Shown piece after piece: positions 35,131 to 48,049 of a stretch of DNA of 64,000 bases. The DNA lies in NCBI GenBank assembly GCA_964016885.1, contig OZ024744.1:90458001-90522000 (forward strand), given 5' to 3'. A program made the translations under genes and the position numbers. The first letter of the stretch is position 1, and each line of letters opens with the position of its first letter. The notes beneath the pieces were generated by a model. The model saw only the letters and a program-made list of their open reading frames with translations, was not told the DNA's origin and ran no database searches. This stretch comes from Eledone cirrhosa (Eukaryota).

Positions 35131-35611
35131 CACAACACACACACATCATAATTATCATTTTACATCTGATTTTCCAAGCTGGCATAGATTGGATGGGTTG
35201 TTATCGACCATGTCAGTATTTAATTGCAGTTACTCTCTCTCTCTCTATCTATCTATCTATTCCTCTCTCTCTCACTGGGAGAAATCAGCTGTGTTATGAC
35301 CTGCAGAGAGGAATGGACTCCACCAGATTTTAAATGTCCAAGACATGCCACTTGTCTTGTCAGTGCCCCTAAGATTCCATCAAGAGGTGAGAGCCCTGCT
35401 TCTGTCTTCACACACATATATATATATATATTAGAGCAAACATCAGGGACGCTCTATCTCAAAATTATTTTTGAAAAGCATTAGAAATGCGCAACCGGTA
35501 AAACTTAAAACCAAAACTGAATACTAACCAATACTATTACTAATTTTCACTTATTCCTAATTAAACTATTTTTCACTGTGAACAATTTGTCAGCATTTTC
35601 TTTTCCTTTTA

Positions 35612-35650
<39 letters not shown>

Positions 35651-35654
<4 letters not shown>

Positions 35655-35849
35655 GTAATAAACAACACAATATAATTATTCCATTACCCAAGGTTTCACG
35701 AAGTCAGACAATTCTAACAGAGACGTATGAATCCGTTCATCAGAAAGATTTCTATCTGATGAACGGATTCAGACGTCTCTGTTAGAATTGTCTGACTTCG
35801 TGAAACCTTGGGTAATGGAATAATTATATTGTGTTGTTTATTACATAAT
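35651..35849. mobile_element. Fold-back element (~94-bp arms, ~10-bp loop) built from a hammerhead
   Basis: 35651-35744 is the reverse complement of 35755-35848 (one mismatch seen); (TA)n lies on the left. Confidence 0.85.
35750..35820 (+). ncRNA. Type I hammerhead ribozyme
   Basis: ttctat-CTGATGA-acgga.tcagac...gtctga.ttcgt-GAAA-ccttggg-TA-atggaa: canonical core, GUA cleavage. Confidence 0.82.
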
Positions 35850-36352
35850 TAAATAGCTCTGTGCTATACATAGAGCACTCTTCTTTCCTTTACCTTTTCC
35901 ATGGAAATACTTAACACACACACAAGAGAAAAGATGAAGTTGGAAATAGCACGGAAAATATATTTTAGGGACTGTTTTTCTTTTTTCTCCTCTCTTTGAT
36001 TCATCAAAGTGACATTATTGAAAAGATGACATTATTGAAAAAAATGAGAGGGACAATTCTTTTAAAAAAAGTTTTATAATGTATATAAAGTATTACTGGT
36101 TTCGATGTATTATTAAAATTCATCTTATAAAATGTTCAGTATCACAATTAAAAAGAATTAATAGGAATTAAAAACTAAAAATTAAAGATTTAAAATTAAG
36201 TGTTGGAGTAAGTTTTTTTCCCATCTTCCTTGCTCAGAAGTGGACTGGAGAATGAATTCTTGTGTAGGCATGATAGTAGCGGTAGTGTTGGTAGTTGTGT
36301 TACTTAATAGAACAAAATTGTTTTTTTGGGGCAAAGGAAATATTCTGTAAAT

Positions 36353-36660
36353 ATCATCATCACCATCATCATCACCGTTTTACGTCCGTTCTTCCACGCT
36401 AGCATGGGTTAGACGGGTTGTCCTGTTGTGGGCAGTGTCTGGTCGGCTGACCATGCCTTGCTCATACAGAAACTGATTTTGGCTTGATTTCTACAGCTGG
36501 ATGCCCTTCCTAACACCAACCTCATTTACAATGAGTGCTGGGTGCTTTTTCGTGGTGCCTACACGTCCACTTTACAGTGTGGGCTGGGTGCTTTTTTGCC
36601 GTGGCACCTCCACGACCACCTTGCAGTGGGAGGGTGCGGGGGCATATTGTCTATATGCTA
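36353..36660 (-). mobile_element. RTE LINE 3' tail
   Basis: Reverse complement of the 5740-5995 family. Confidence 0.85.
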
Positions 36661-37198
36661 TGTGTATGTATATCTGATTGTGTTAATTGACTGGTCAAGA
36701 GTTCAAATGGGGGTGTGGAATTGTAAGCTAGAGACAAATTCTATGGCAACAGTAGGGTTGTAAAAGAAATTCTATTATTGGAATATGGTTTTAGGGAGTG
36801 TGTGTGTGTGGGGGGGGGGGTCAGCCTGTTTGTCACAGGTTCATTTGTGGTGGGAAATTAAAAAAACTTAAAAAAAAAAATAAAAAAAATAAACCAGAGC
36901 AGAGTATCAGTAGTAGCTATCAAACAGGAACTTCTGGAATGAGTAATTTTGTATCTCTTATTTTGTGGTGTATGTGTGTTTAGGGGGATCTAATGGGGGT
37001 GATTACATATTTAATTTTGGTTTAAATTTGTTAATAAATAGTTTTTCTTTATTTATTCTTTGTTGTTGAGTGAAAGAATTGGAGCACTTGTAATGGGGGG
37101 TAATTTTAAAGTTGGGTAGAGTCATTCCTGCACAATCTGCAATGTGGCTACTTAAGGGAATTTTTCTTGTGTTTCCCTGTGTATATATATATATATAT

Positions 37199-37511
37199 AT
37201 CATCATCATCATCATCATCATCACCGTTTTACGTCCGTTCTTCCACGCTAGCATGGGTTAGACGGGTTGTCCTGTTGTGGGCAGTGTCTGGTCGGCTGAC
37301 CAAGCCTTGCTCATACAGGAACTGATTTGGCTTGATTTCTACAGCTGGATGCCCTTCCTCACACCAACTTCATTTACAGTGAGTGCTGGGTGCTTTTTCG
37401 TGGCGCCTACACGTCCACTTTACAGTGTGGGCTGGGTGTTTTTTTGCCGTGGCACCTCCACAACCACCTTGCGGTGGGTGTGTGGGGGCATATTGTCTAT
37501 ATGCTTCAGCT
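37199..37511 (-). mobile_element. RTE LINE 3' tail
   Basis: Near copy of 36353-36660. Confidence 0.85.
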
Positions 37512-37530
37512 TATACATATATATATATAT

Positions 37531-37713
37531 AGGTAAAATTCCATTATAACAAATACCATTATAACAAATATTTCAGTATAACAAAATTTTTTTCAATCCC
37601 CGAGGTAGTAACAAATGCTCAATTTGTTTTGGTTGATCTCATTATAAAGAATTTTTCGATACAACAAATTCTTTTTTATACCCCATGAATTTTGTTATAA
37701 TGGAATTTCACTG
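37531..37713. mobile_element. pogo/Tigger-like MITE
   Basis: TIRs gtaaaattccattataacaaa / tttgttataatggaatttcactg with internal ataacaaa sub-repeats. Confidence 0.7.
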
Positions 37714-37809
37714 TCTATATTTTAAAGAGTCAGGAGTCCGTTGTAGTAACTGACCTTAATAATTATATATATATATATATATATCATAAAGGGTTGGGAC
37801 CTGACTGAC

Positions 37810-38825
37810 TGGAACTAACTGTTGAAACGGCAAGAGCTCAGCCATGGGGTCCCGACTCTTTATAATATAACCATACTCTACTACACCAAGTATCAAGTAC
37901 TCTGGTGAGTAATGGTCTAACCACTTTCAAACTGATTCCATCCTGATTTATATGTATGTAATTATTAAAGCCAGTTTCTACAATTGAACCATACCAGGAA
38001 CATACATTTTGTTGGTCTGGAGGACATTCCTGGTATGGCTCCATTCTAGTAACTAGCCTTAATAATTATATCAAAACTCGCCCTATGGATTTGAGTTGCT
38101 CTCTACTTTGGCTATTTCTACCAAGTTATTACCACTTGTAAGGAACACGGCGAGAAAAATATTTGGTAGGCAGTCTTCGATATTTATTTTGACTTATCTT
38201 CATAAATATACATACATATATATTTTGTTCTGTCGTCAAAAGCCATTAACTTGCAGACCCCTGCAAGCGGAATTTGTCGATCTCGGATTTACAGAAACCT
38301 AGCGGAGATGTTGTATGTTATATGTGATGTATATTGTATAGTATACGTTATGTGTTGCATTCGATGTCTACGCGATGGTCCAGGTCAGTCACAAAATTTT
38401 TTCCTGAGTTCAGTTTTTTTCGTTGCTATGGCAATGCGGCCAGACATTCGGTCGCTATATTTAATTTGTAAAGCTGTCTAAACGTAATGTTATAACTCTG
38501 GGGTAATATTCTCCATTGAGTGCTAAGCTGCATTCCGAATCTGCATTCGTTAGCTTGGCCGCCGCCAAAAGCTTCGTTGATGCTGTACTAAAATTTGTAC
38601 ATATATATATATAGACTCCAGACTATATCATCATCATCCTCATGAAGATAGACGTTAAATGATGATGATATAGTCTGGAGTCTGGAACTAGCTGTTGAAA
38701 CAGCAAGAGCTCAGCTGTCGGGTCCTGACATTTTATAATATAACTATACTCTACTACCCCCAAGCATTGAGTACTCTGTTGAGTAACTGTCTAACCAGTT
38801 TCAAACTGAATCCATCTTGATCTAT
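37810..38825 (+). repeat. Two diverged copies of a ~140-bp repeat (37810-37950 and 38682-38825)
   Basis: ggaacta.ctgttgaaac.gcaagagctcag...caaactga.tccatc.tgat occurs twice. Confidence 0.65.
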
Positions 38826-39054
38826 ATATATTCGTACTACTACATATTCTTCCTCTCCATGGAACAATATATATTTCAATTGATTAACCATTACCTAGGT
38901 TGGATGAGATTCTCTTAGAATAAAAATATAAATCAATAGTCTATATTCCTAATAGAGAAAATATAAGTATTGAGTACTTCATATTTTATATGTAAGCTAA
39001 GTTCTTATGAACAAACAAGAACATATCTCTCTATTTCTCTCTCTCTCTCTCACC

Positions 39055-39430
39055 AGAAGCAGATGAAGAGGATCAAGTATCTCAGGGTCATGTTCACAAT
39101 TGATGGAAGGCAGAAGGCTGAATTAAGTGCAAGAATTACAGGAGCTGGTGCAGTAATTTGCCATTGAATTGAGAGATCACAGCTCTGACACTACAGACAC
39201 ACAGACATATGGTTAGAATGTCTTAAGGAAAGAATCACTGGACAGATTTTATGGACAAAACCAACAGGCAGGAGACCCAGAGGTAGACCCCCCCCCCAAA
39301 AAAAAACAAGATGGTTGAATAACATCCATGTGCTATGCTGGTCTTGCTTGGGAATCCAACCAGATTAATTGATAGTCGCTTCTGAGTGTTTAAGGATTCT
39401 GTCCCTATGATCCTCTCAGAAATAAGTGGT
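39055..39430 (+). mobile_element. Decayed fragment of a second RTE-like family (homolog at 54450-55025)
   Basis: KYLRVMFTIDGRQKAEL..RI; shares tgatggaaggcagaaggctgaa with 54500. Confidence 0.6.
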
Positions 39431-39466
39431 GAAGAAGATATATATTGTATATTTATAAATGTGTAC

Positions 39467-39510
<44 letters not shown>

Positions 39511-39517
39511 ACATATG

Positions 39518-39549
<32 letters not shown>

Positions 39550-40134
39550 AATATAACACTTCTCAGTTGTTATCAATCATTCAGTCGTCTTCGGTCATGA
39601 CACCTCCATCTGCTGCTCAACCACCCTCTACCAACAACTAATATATAGCTACAATTGTCCTTTTCCTTTCCCTAATAACCTTTAACTTTTTCATTAACAT
39701 ACACATATTCATATGCTCTAAACATTTACATTTTTTTTTTTGCCCTTTCTCATAAAATTAGACACCTAAGCACTCTTGCCCTGGAAAAATGAAAACAGCG
39801 TAAAGTGGGGAGGACTCTTTTACTTGTAGGAACCAGACAAACTCTCTAATACAACACACCCAGTTCACTTTGTTAATTGGCTGGTGTTAGGAAGGGCATC
39901 CAGCAAATGAAAACATGCTTAAATTAAAACGTACAGTTAGGCATAGTCCTCCCGACCGCCCCATCTAAAAGGGTAATAAATATGAATAAGACTTTATATG
40001 AGGGACCGCAATGCCCCGCCCAACCCCTACCAGCATGGAGGCAGACGCAAAATGATGATAATAAATATATATACACATATATGTATAGTACAATTTTACT
40101 AACGTTTCAAGTCACATGACATTCTTCGGGCATG

Positions 40135-40186
<52 letters not shown>

Positions 40187-41470
40187 CCTCGGAAAATAGT
40201 AAGAAATGAACCATTTGTACTGTTGTGAGACATATATTCGAAATAAAATATATTCTACACGTTAACATGTATTGAGTTCCATTTTGTATGACTAGTGCAT
40301 GTAGTATACGTCTCTCTCTCTCTCTCTTCATATATATATATATACATACACAAGTTAAGGGTATATGCATAGGATGACGTACACGAAAAATTCTTAATGT
40401 ATTGAAATTACGCTCTCATATGAGAAGGAAGACAAAAAAAAAAGAACCTATATGATGCGTATAATTTAGATTATATACACAGATACGAATATGCAACCAA
40501 CGTATGTGTATAATTATATATCCATACACATACACATAGTCAAAATTAATAATGAGTTACAAGCCGTTAAAACATATCTTTATAAAGCTCTTACATATGT
40601 TTCGCCCAATGGGGCTCGTTTATATATATATATAAGCAGAAATATATGATGGAGAAAACAAGACTCTTAAGAACATACACACGTATATATATATATATAT
40701 GTTCAAGGTACAGACGCACGCATACATAATATGTATACATATATATATATAAGAAGAATTGCTGCAATAAAACTCACCTACATTATATATATATATATAT
40801 ATATATATGAGTGTTTGCATGTATACACACATACGGCGTAACAATGGGTTTTGTATATTACATTCATTATATATGAATGTAATGTACAAAGCGTGTTCAT
40901 ATTAAATATATGCTATTATACGCATTGCACTGAGTTCAAATCCCGCCGAGGTTAACTTTGCCTTTCATCCTTACGGGGTCGATAGAATAAAGTACCAGTA
41001 ATACACTGTTATAATTGCTGGCCTTGTGCCAAAAGTAGAAACAATTATACACATAGCGCACGTTTTCTTACACCAATATATACACGTATATATATATATA
41101 AATAAATAGATAGATAGATAAATATAATACATATACATATATAATGTATGTATGTATGTTTGTAGCTAGATTGATAGATAGATATTCGTTTACAAACGGC
41201 ATATAGGGTGTATTTTATGTATACCCTACACACTACATATATATATAGGGTGTATTTCTATGTACACCCTACATCATGCATTATATACTTGGTAATATAT
41301 TATACTCAACATGTTACTGGCGCTACGGGACACTCCCTATTATCAGCTGCCGCGAGATATTAACGATTATGAGGCACCTTATGAATATATATTTATACAA
41401 CCTCATGACTTGCTTCTATACACCCTAAGCATTGTCTGTCTAGTGGTTTTACGAGAAGATTTATGTCTGT

Positions 41471-41519
<49 letters not shown>

Positions 41520-41541
41520 TACAGAGATATGTATATGTATA

Positions 41542-41583
<42 letters not shown>

Positions 41584-42343
41584 TACAGAGATATGTATAT
41601 GTATATGTGTGTGTATATATATATATTTGTATGTGATAATAATAATGCTGATAAGAGATAGATCGTAAAACAAAAACATCATAGACAATATTTTATACAC
41701 AATAAATATAAATACATGTATAAATATATACCCGAAACTTCCATCATAATACACTGACTCAGATATATACACAAATATATAAATATATAAATATATAAAT
41801 GAATAGAAATTTTACTCACGTAATCGTCCGGTAGTGTGGTGTATAATATATACACATATATATCATATACATACATATATAATTAATAAAATATACACTT
41901 ATATATATATAATATATACACACACATATATACATACATACATATATATGTATATATATGTGTGTGTGTATTACTATATATATATATTCTCATTTACATA
42001 TATATATTTCTATATAATATATGTATGCATATATATATATATATACACATATGTGTATGTATATATATATATACACACACACACAAATTATATACACCCG
42101 GCTATATAATAATCCATGCCGTCGCGATCGTCGTTCATTGTGTAGAACCAACTAGAGAGCATTACAGTGATGATGTTGATGCTGTTGATAATAATAACGA
42201 TGATAATGATAAGAGAGGGACAGGCGGTGTTATTATGGTACTAATCAGCAGAAGCTGGGTTAGTCTCAGCATCCGCATCATTCACATGTGTGGTGCTGTA
42301 GTTATCTGCTCTTGAATGGCAATCTAGTCCATTGTTTATGTGC

Positions 42344-42411
<68 letters not shown>

Positions 42412-42436
42412 GTATATATATATGTATGTATATATG

Positions 42437-42526
<90 letters not shown>

Positions 42527-42700
42527 GTATATATATATGTATGTATATATATATATATATACTCTTTTACTCTTTTACCTGTTTCAGCCATCCGGCTGAG
42601 GCCATGCTGGGGTACCGCCCTTGATATATATATATATATTATATATGTATATATATATGTATATATATATATATATATATTATATTTGTATATATATATA

Positions 42701-42763
<63 letters not shown>

Positions 42764-42765
<2 letters not shown>

Positions 42766-43525
42766 TAGCCGAATTACCCGCGCCTTGCTGCGTTTCACAC
42801 ATTTTTTTTGTAAGAAAATGATGATTGATTTTAAATCAGTGATATTATTTTTTGAGAACTCTGCAATTTAATATTACTCAATGCAATGTAAAATGTAATG
42901 CATGAAAAATTGGAAAACATTATTTTTGCCTTTCATCCTTATGGGGTCGATAAAATAAAGTACCAGTAATGTACAGGGTAATTGCTGGCCTTGTGCCAAA
43001 AGTAGAAAAAATTATTTTTTGTAATATATCAAATCAAAATTACATTATTAAATCTTATTCTTATTTTGTTTCTTGTAAATAATTTTGTTCAAAATATCAA
43101 TTCAAAACTTTTGTGAATAGGCATCATATCTTGTCATTTACCTATGGTTTAAATTTCATTTAAATCGAAGGGAAAACATTTTCAGCGGGTGTTTGTGCCC
43201 TCGGGGAGCCCTAATAGGGGGCTTAACCCCCATTAGAGTATCTTAATATTATTGAAATTTGCTGAAATTTTTTGAATAGGCGTCATATCTTGTCATTTGT
43301 CTATGGTTTGAATTTCATATAAATTGAAGGGAATAAATTTTCAGCGGGGTTTTGTGCCTCCGAGGAACCCTTTGATTAAAATGAAATATACTTATCCAAG
43401 TACCGTGGGAAATATCGTTTCAGAATATATATGGTTATGGGGGGGGGGGGTTCTATCTCCAAAACTATAGGAGGAGTTCGTGAACAAACAAACAAACAAG
43501 CAGACAGGAACTACAACTTTATATG
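42764..43525 (+). mobile_element. Non-autonomous Helentron/DINE-1-like (HINE) element with a nested SINE fragment
   Basis: 5' actagc..acccgcgccttgctgcg, two ~160-bp internal tandem repeats (43108, 43269) and a 3' (AAAC)n followed by ctttat. Confidence 0.55.
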
Positions 43526-43583
43526 TCATCATCATCATCATTTTACGTCCGCTTTTCCTTGCTTGCAAGGGTGTGACGGTATA

Positions 43584-45667
43584 TATTCCCCCATATCGAC
43601 CCAATAGAGGGACCAGCAGTGTTAGTCGAGGGGAGTATAATAAGTAAGGCAATCAAGGATATGAAGACGGGTAAGGCGGCTGGGCCTTCGGAAATAGTTG
43701 CTGAGATGCTGAAGGCATCTGGCACGGTGGGACACACCATGGTCACCCGCATAGTTAACCAAGTCGTACAGAATGGGGTTGTTCCGAAGGACTGGCATAG
43801 CAGCATCATCGTTAACTGTTATAAGGGTAAAGGAGACGCCCTAGATAGGAGTAACTATAGAGGCATTAAATTAATCGACCAGGTCATGAAGGTCACGGAA
43901 AAAGTAATAGCGCAACTAATCAGAGAGAGAATTGACCTAGATGAAATGCAGTTCGGGTTTGTGTCAGGCAAAAGTACCACAGACGCTCTTTTCATAGTAC
44001 GACAACTACAGGAGAAGTACCTAGCTAAAGGTAAACCCCTCTACTTAGCTTTTGTCGACTTCGAGAAAGCCTTCGACAGAGTCCCCCGCTCCATTATCTG
44101 GCGGGCTCTTAGAAAACTAGCCGTTGACGAATGGCTTGTGAGGGCTATACAAGCCATGTATAAAGAAACAGTCAGCAAGGTTAGAATTAACAACGAATAT
44201 AGTGAAGAATTTAGCGTAAAAGTTGGCGTCCATCAGGGCTCTGTTCTCAGCCCCCTACTATTTATTATTGCCCTTCAGGCTATAACAGAGGAGTTCAAGA
44301 CAGGCTGCCCACGGGAACTCCTATACGCAGACGACCTGACACTCATAGCGGAATCAATGACCGAGCTAGAGAAGAAATTCCAAACATGGAAGCACGGTCT
44401 AGAGTCAAAAGGACTTAAAATTAACCTGGCTAAGACCAAAGTTCTAGTTTGTAGGAAAGAAAACAAGGCGGCGATCCCTTCTGGGAAATGGTCGTGCTCG
44501 GTGTGTAGGAAAGGCGTAGGTAGAAACTCCATTTTATGTCCTAAATGCAAAGTATGGGTGCATAAAAGATGTAGTGGGATCACAGGTAAGCTAACTAAGA
44601 ACATAGATTTTACATGTGGCCGGTGTTCTGGTGCAATAAGTAGCAGCAAGTGCCCACAAAATACTAGCTCTTTCAATTGCGCAGAGGGTTCTATAGAAAT
44701 AGTGGACAGCTTCCGTTACCTGGGCGATAAAATCAGCAGTGGGGGAGGGTGCTCTGAAAGTACTGTAGCTAGAGTCAGAACTGGTTGGAAAAAGTTCAGA
44801 GAGCTTATACCACTATTAGCTGCTAAAGGGTTCTCCCTAAAAATGAAAGGCAGGTTGTACGATGCCTGCATACGAACAGCAATGCTGCATGGCAGTGAGA
44901 CCTGGGCATTGTGTGCAGAGGATATACGCAGACTAGAGAGGAACGAAGCTTGCATGCTCCGCTGGATGTGTAACAGTAATATACGTGAACGGCAAAGCAT
45001 AAACGAACTAAGGAAAAAATTAGAGATAAGAGGGATCAGATGTTGTTTACTCGAGAGAAGGCTACGTTGGTATGGACACGTGATGCGCATGAAAGTCGAT
45101 AGCTGTATAACAAAGTGCAGGGCAATAAAGATAGACGGTAGTCACGGAATAGGCAGACCTAGAAAAACCTGGGACGAGCTGATAAACTCCGACATCACAC
45201 ACTTACACCTCTCCAAGACAATGTCACTGGACCGAGACCTTTGGCGGTACTCAGTAACAGAGAAGACCCGCCTTACCTAAATATATAGTAAAACCTACTC
45301 CAGCCAGTAGGCATCTCTAACAAAATACACCCCGTCCCACCACCACCACCCCCACCCCATCCACACCACCCCGTTCTATGTAAAGTTATGTTGGTGCCGC
45401 GCCATCCAGGCCGAAACAAATGAGATCGTGTAGGTGTCACGACAAAAAAACACACAGTCCACGCTGTAATGTGGCCGTGTAGGCAACACGGTAAAAACCT
45501 CCCAGACCCACACTGTAAATGTGGTTGGTGTTAGGAAGGGCATCCAACTGTAGAAAACCTGCCAGACAGTCCTATGCGAGCAAGACAATCACTCTTGCCT
45601 CAAGTGGGACTACCCCCGTCCAAACCCATGCAAGCGTGGAACACGGACGTTAAACGTTGATGATGAT
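43584..45667 (+). mobile_element. 5'-truncated young RTE LINE with a 553-aa open RT+PHD frame (43619-45280)
   Basis: All RT motifs intact (YADD); full 3' UTR and (GAT)n tail. Confidence 0.95.
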
Positions 45668-45850
45668 ATATATACACAGAAGAAAACAATATATCGTTAA
45701 AGGTAATCTGATAAGAGGTTGTGAAAACTACTTATCATGGATAGTTTAAGCGTAAGGCGTTGTGTGACTCAACAAGAGGTTTACGTGGATGGCGTATTAA
45801 TGACTTCACTTGTATTCCCATGTAAGTATATCTTGGAGTGATAAAATTTT

Positions 45851-46217
45851 AAAAGTGAAGAATAACATGGGCAACAGTACAAACAAGGAAATTTATTTAC
45901 AGTATAACAATTGTTTCCATGATAGAGATGTCTAGAAATTGCTAAACACTGAAGGCAGTGGCACTCAATTTAAATTACATGCAACCTTCACCATTTCGTC
46001 AGAGACTAATAGAAAATACAAAATAAATTTACCGTTACGCATATATTTTGTATTTTCTATTAGTCCCTGACGAAATGATAAAGGTTGCATGTATTTTAAA
46101 TTGAGTGCCACTGCCTTCAGTGTTTAGCAATTTCTAGACATCTCTATCATGGAAACAATTGTTAGACTGTAAATAAATATCTTGTTTGTACTGTTGACCA
46201 TGTTATTCTTCACTTTT
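45851..46217. mobile_element. Fold-back element (~175-bp arms) with a hammerhead in each arm
   Basis: 45851-46026 is the reverse complement of 46044-46217 with scattered mismatches. Confidence 0.85.
46062..46168 (+). ncRNA. Type I hammerhead with extended stem II
   Basis: agtcc-CTGACGA-a.atgata...tatcat.g-GAAA-caattg-TT-agact; palindromic stem III ACAATTGT. The mirror arm has agtct, giving a perfect consensus stem I. Confidence 0.75.
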
Positions 46218-46244
46218 TCAATTTTATATATATATACATATATA

Positions 46245-48040
46245 AAATACGTAGTTAAGAAAGCCACAACAATGCAGAGGGAAATCTCGAGGTAGGAAGT
46301 GAATGATAGATAGGAGAAACAGGTGAAAGTGAAAATTGAGAGAGACAAAGATGAAAACAAAACAAAGGTAGAAGGGTTACCGTAGTGGAGATTTAATCCC
46401 AATATTTCGGGCTCACGCCCATCAACGGGGGAAAGTTCCAAAAGAGGGGGAACAGGCCAAGCGGAGAAAGTTGTGATGTCGTTAAGACAGGAATGCCGTT
46501 ATGGGGAGAAAATTATTTAAAATTTAAACGAGGGAAAGAATGCGCGTGCGCGTGATAGGCTGTGGCAAAAGCTACTGACCAAATGGGTTAAATCAAGAGG
46601 GTGCACTAGCGTGTGAAAGCCGTAAGATATATGTGTGTAAATATATATGTGTGTGTAACTGTGTGTGTATAAGTGTAAGTGTGTATATGTGTGAGTGTGT
46701 GTGTGTGTGAAAGATAGTGGGCTGTAGAAGCTGGAAATCAAAGGGTGTGAAAGGTGGTAGGTTGTAAAACATGTGTGCGTGTATAAATATAGATGTGTGT
46801 GTGTAAGCGTATGGGTATACATGTGTGTGTAACTGTGTGTGTATATGTGTGAGTGCGTGTGTGTGTGAAAGATAGTGGGCTGTAGAAGCTGGAAATCAAA
46901 GGGTGTGAAAGGTGGTAGGTTGTAAAATCATGTTTGCGTGTATAAATATAGATGTGTGTGTGTATGCGTATGGGTATGCATATACGTGCGTGTGTGTGAA
47001 GATAGCAGGCCGTAGGCTGTGAATGGTCACTATGGTTAAGTTAGCCATGTCAGCTCATTTCTCTCAGCCCGGTTGTTAAGTGGGGGGTCTGAGGTTCTTA
47101 ATAACAAGTGCTTCCTTTATCCTTAAGGGTCCGATGCTGCGTTCAGTCGCTAGGACTGTGACCAAGGGTCTACCCTGTGGGTTTCCGCATTTAAGGATGT
47201 GTTTACGGAAAGAAGATGCGTTGGTGTTGATATGTTCCTTGATACGAACATGTAGGGGTCGGATGGTGCTACCTATGTAAAACTTGTTACATTTATCGCA
47301 TTGAATCTTATATACGACATAGGTGCGTAGGCAATCTACCCCCCGTATCGGGCAGTTGCTGAGGGAACACGTCCCATCTGACTCGTCGGGTTTGTTGGAG
47401 AGGCATCTTCGCAGCGAAGGTCCTGTGTGGGCCAAATGTATGTCAAGTCCCTCCGTCCGTATGGCCCTGCGGATGGCGTTCGTGGTATATTCACTCAGGT
47501 GGGGGATTTTAAAGAAGCACCTGCTTTTATTTAAGTTTCTAGTGGGTGTCTGTCTATTGGGTCTGGGGTCTCTAATTCCGTTAATCAGTCGCTTGGGATA
47601 ACCATTAGATCTGAGTAGATTACGGAATTGCGTAGTATGGGTGAGACCACCCATCGGGTCGCTGCATCTGTTAGTGATCCGTGTCAGTTCATTTAGGACA
47701 TAGCCTCTCTTAGCGTTGTTGGGGAGGGCTGAGTTATAATGCACAAATAAGTTCTTGCACGCTGCTTTGCGGTAGAAGGTGGTGTTTATGTCTCCTTCTT
47801 CCGAGATGTTGATACGGAAGTCGAGGAGGGCGAGTGACCCGTCTTCTCCTGGGTGTTCGATGGTGAAATCGACGTGATGGTCAGTATCGTTGAAGATTTG
47901 GTGAATTTCATTCGCCATCTCCCGGGAAGAAGTAAGTATCAGGATGTCATCAACGTATCTGGAGTAGAAGGCGACGGCGTTGGATTGGCAGGTATTGAGT
48001 GCCTTGCGTTCCAGGTGGTCCATGTACGAGATCGCATTTG
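46245..48040 (-). mobile_element. 5'-truncated Penelope-like element (PLE): RT, Cys-rich linker, GIY-YIG endonuclease, 3' UTR with a ~158-bp tandem duplication and a degenerate HHR
   Basis: ORF 47076..48023 contains YSRYVDDIL, DFTIE, LLDFRI, TTFYRK, NGYP, CSLSNCP and YVVYKIQCDKCNKFYIGST.RPL..RIKEH...LRIKEALVI. Confidence 0.92.
47076..48023 (-). CDS. Partial Penelope-like RT/GIY-YIG protein (no native start; a probable 1-nt frameshift in a C run removes the terminal PLNN)
   Basis: ORF track and motifs; removing one C from AGA CCC CCC ACT TAA gives RPPLNNRAERNELTWLT*. Confidence 0.8.
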   Translation of the reverse strand: MDHLERKALNTCQSNAVAFYSRYVDDILILTSSREMANEIHQIFNDTDHHVDFTIEHPGEDGSLALLDFRINISEEGDINTTFYRKAACKNLFVHYNSALPNNAKRGYVLNELTRITNRCSDPMGGLTHTTQFRNLLRSNGYPKRLINGIRDPRPNRQTPTRNLNKSRCFFKIPHLSEYTTNAIRRAIRTEGLDIHLAHTGPSLRRCLSNKPDESDGTCSLSNCPIRGVDCLRTYVVYKIQCDKCNKFYIGSTIRPLHVRIKEHINTNASSFRKHILKCGNPQGRPLVTVLATERSIGPLRIKEALVIKNLRPPT

Positions 48041-48049
48041 TGCATTATA

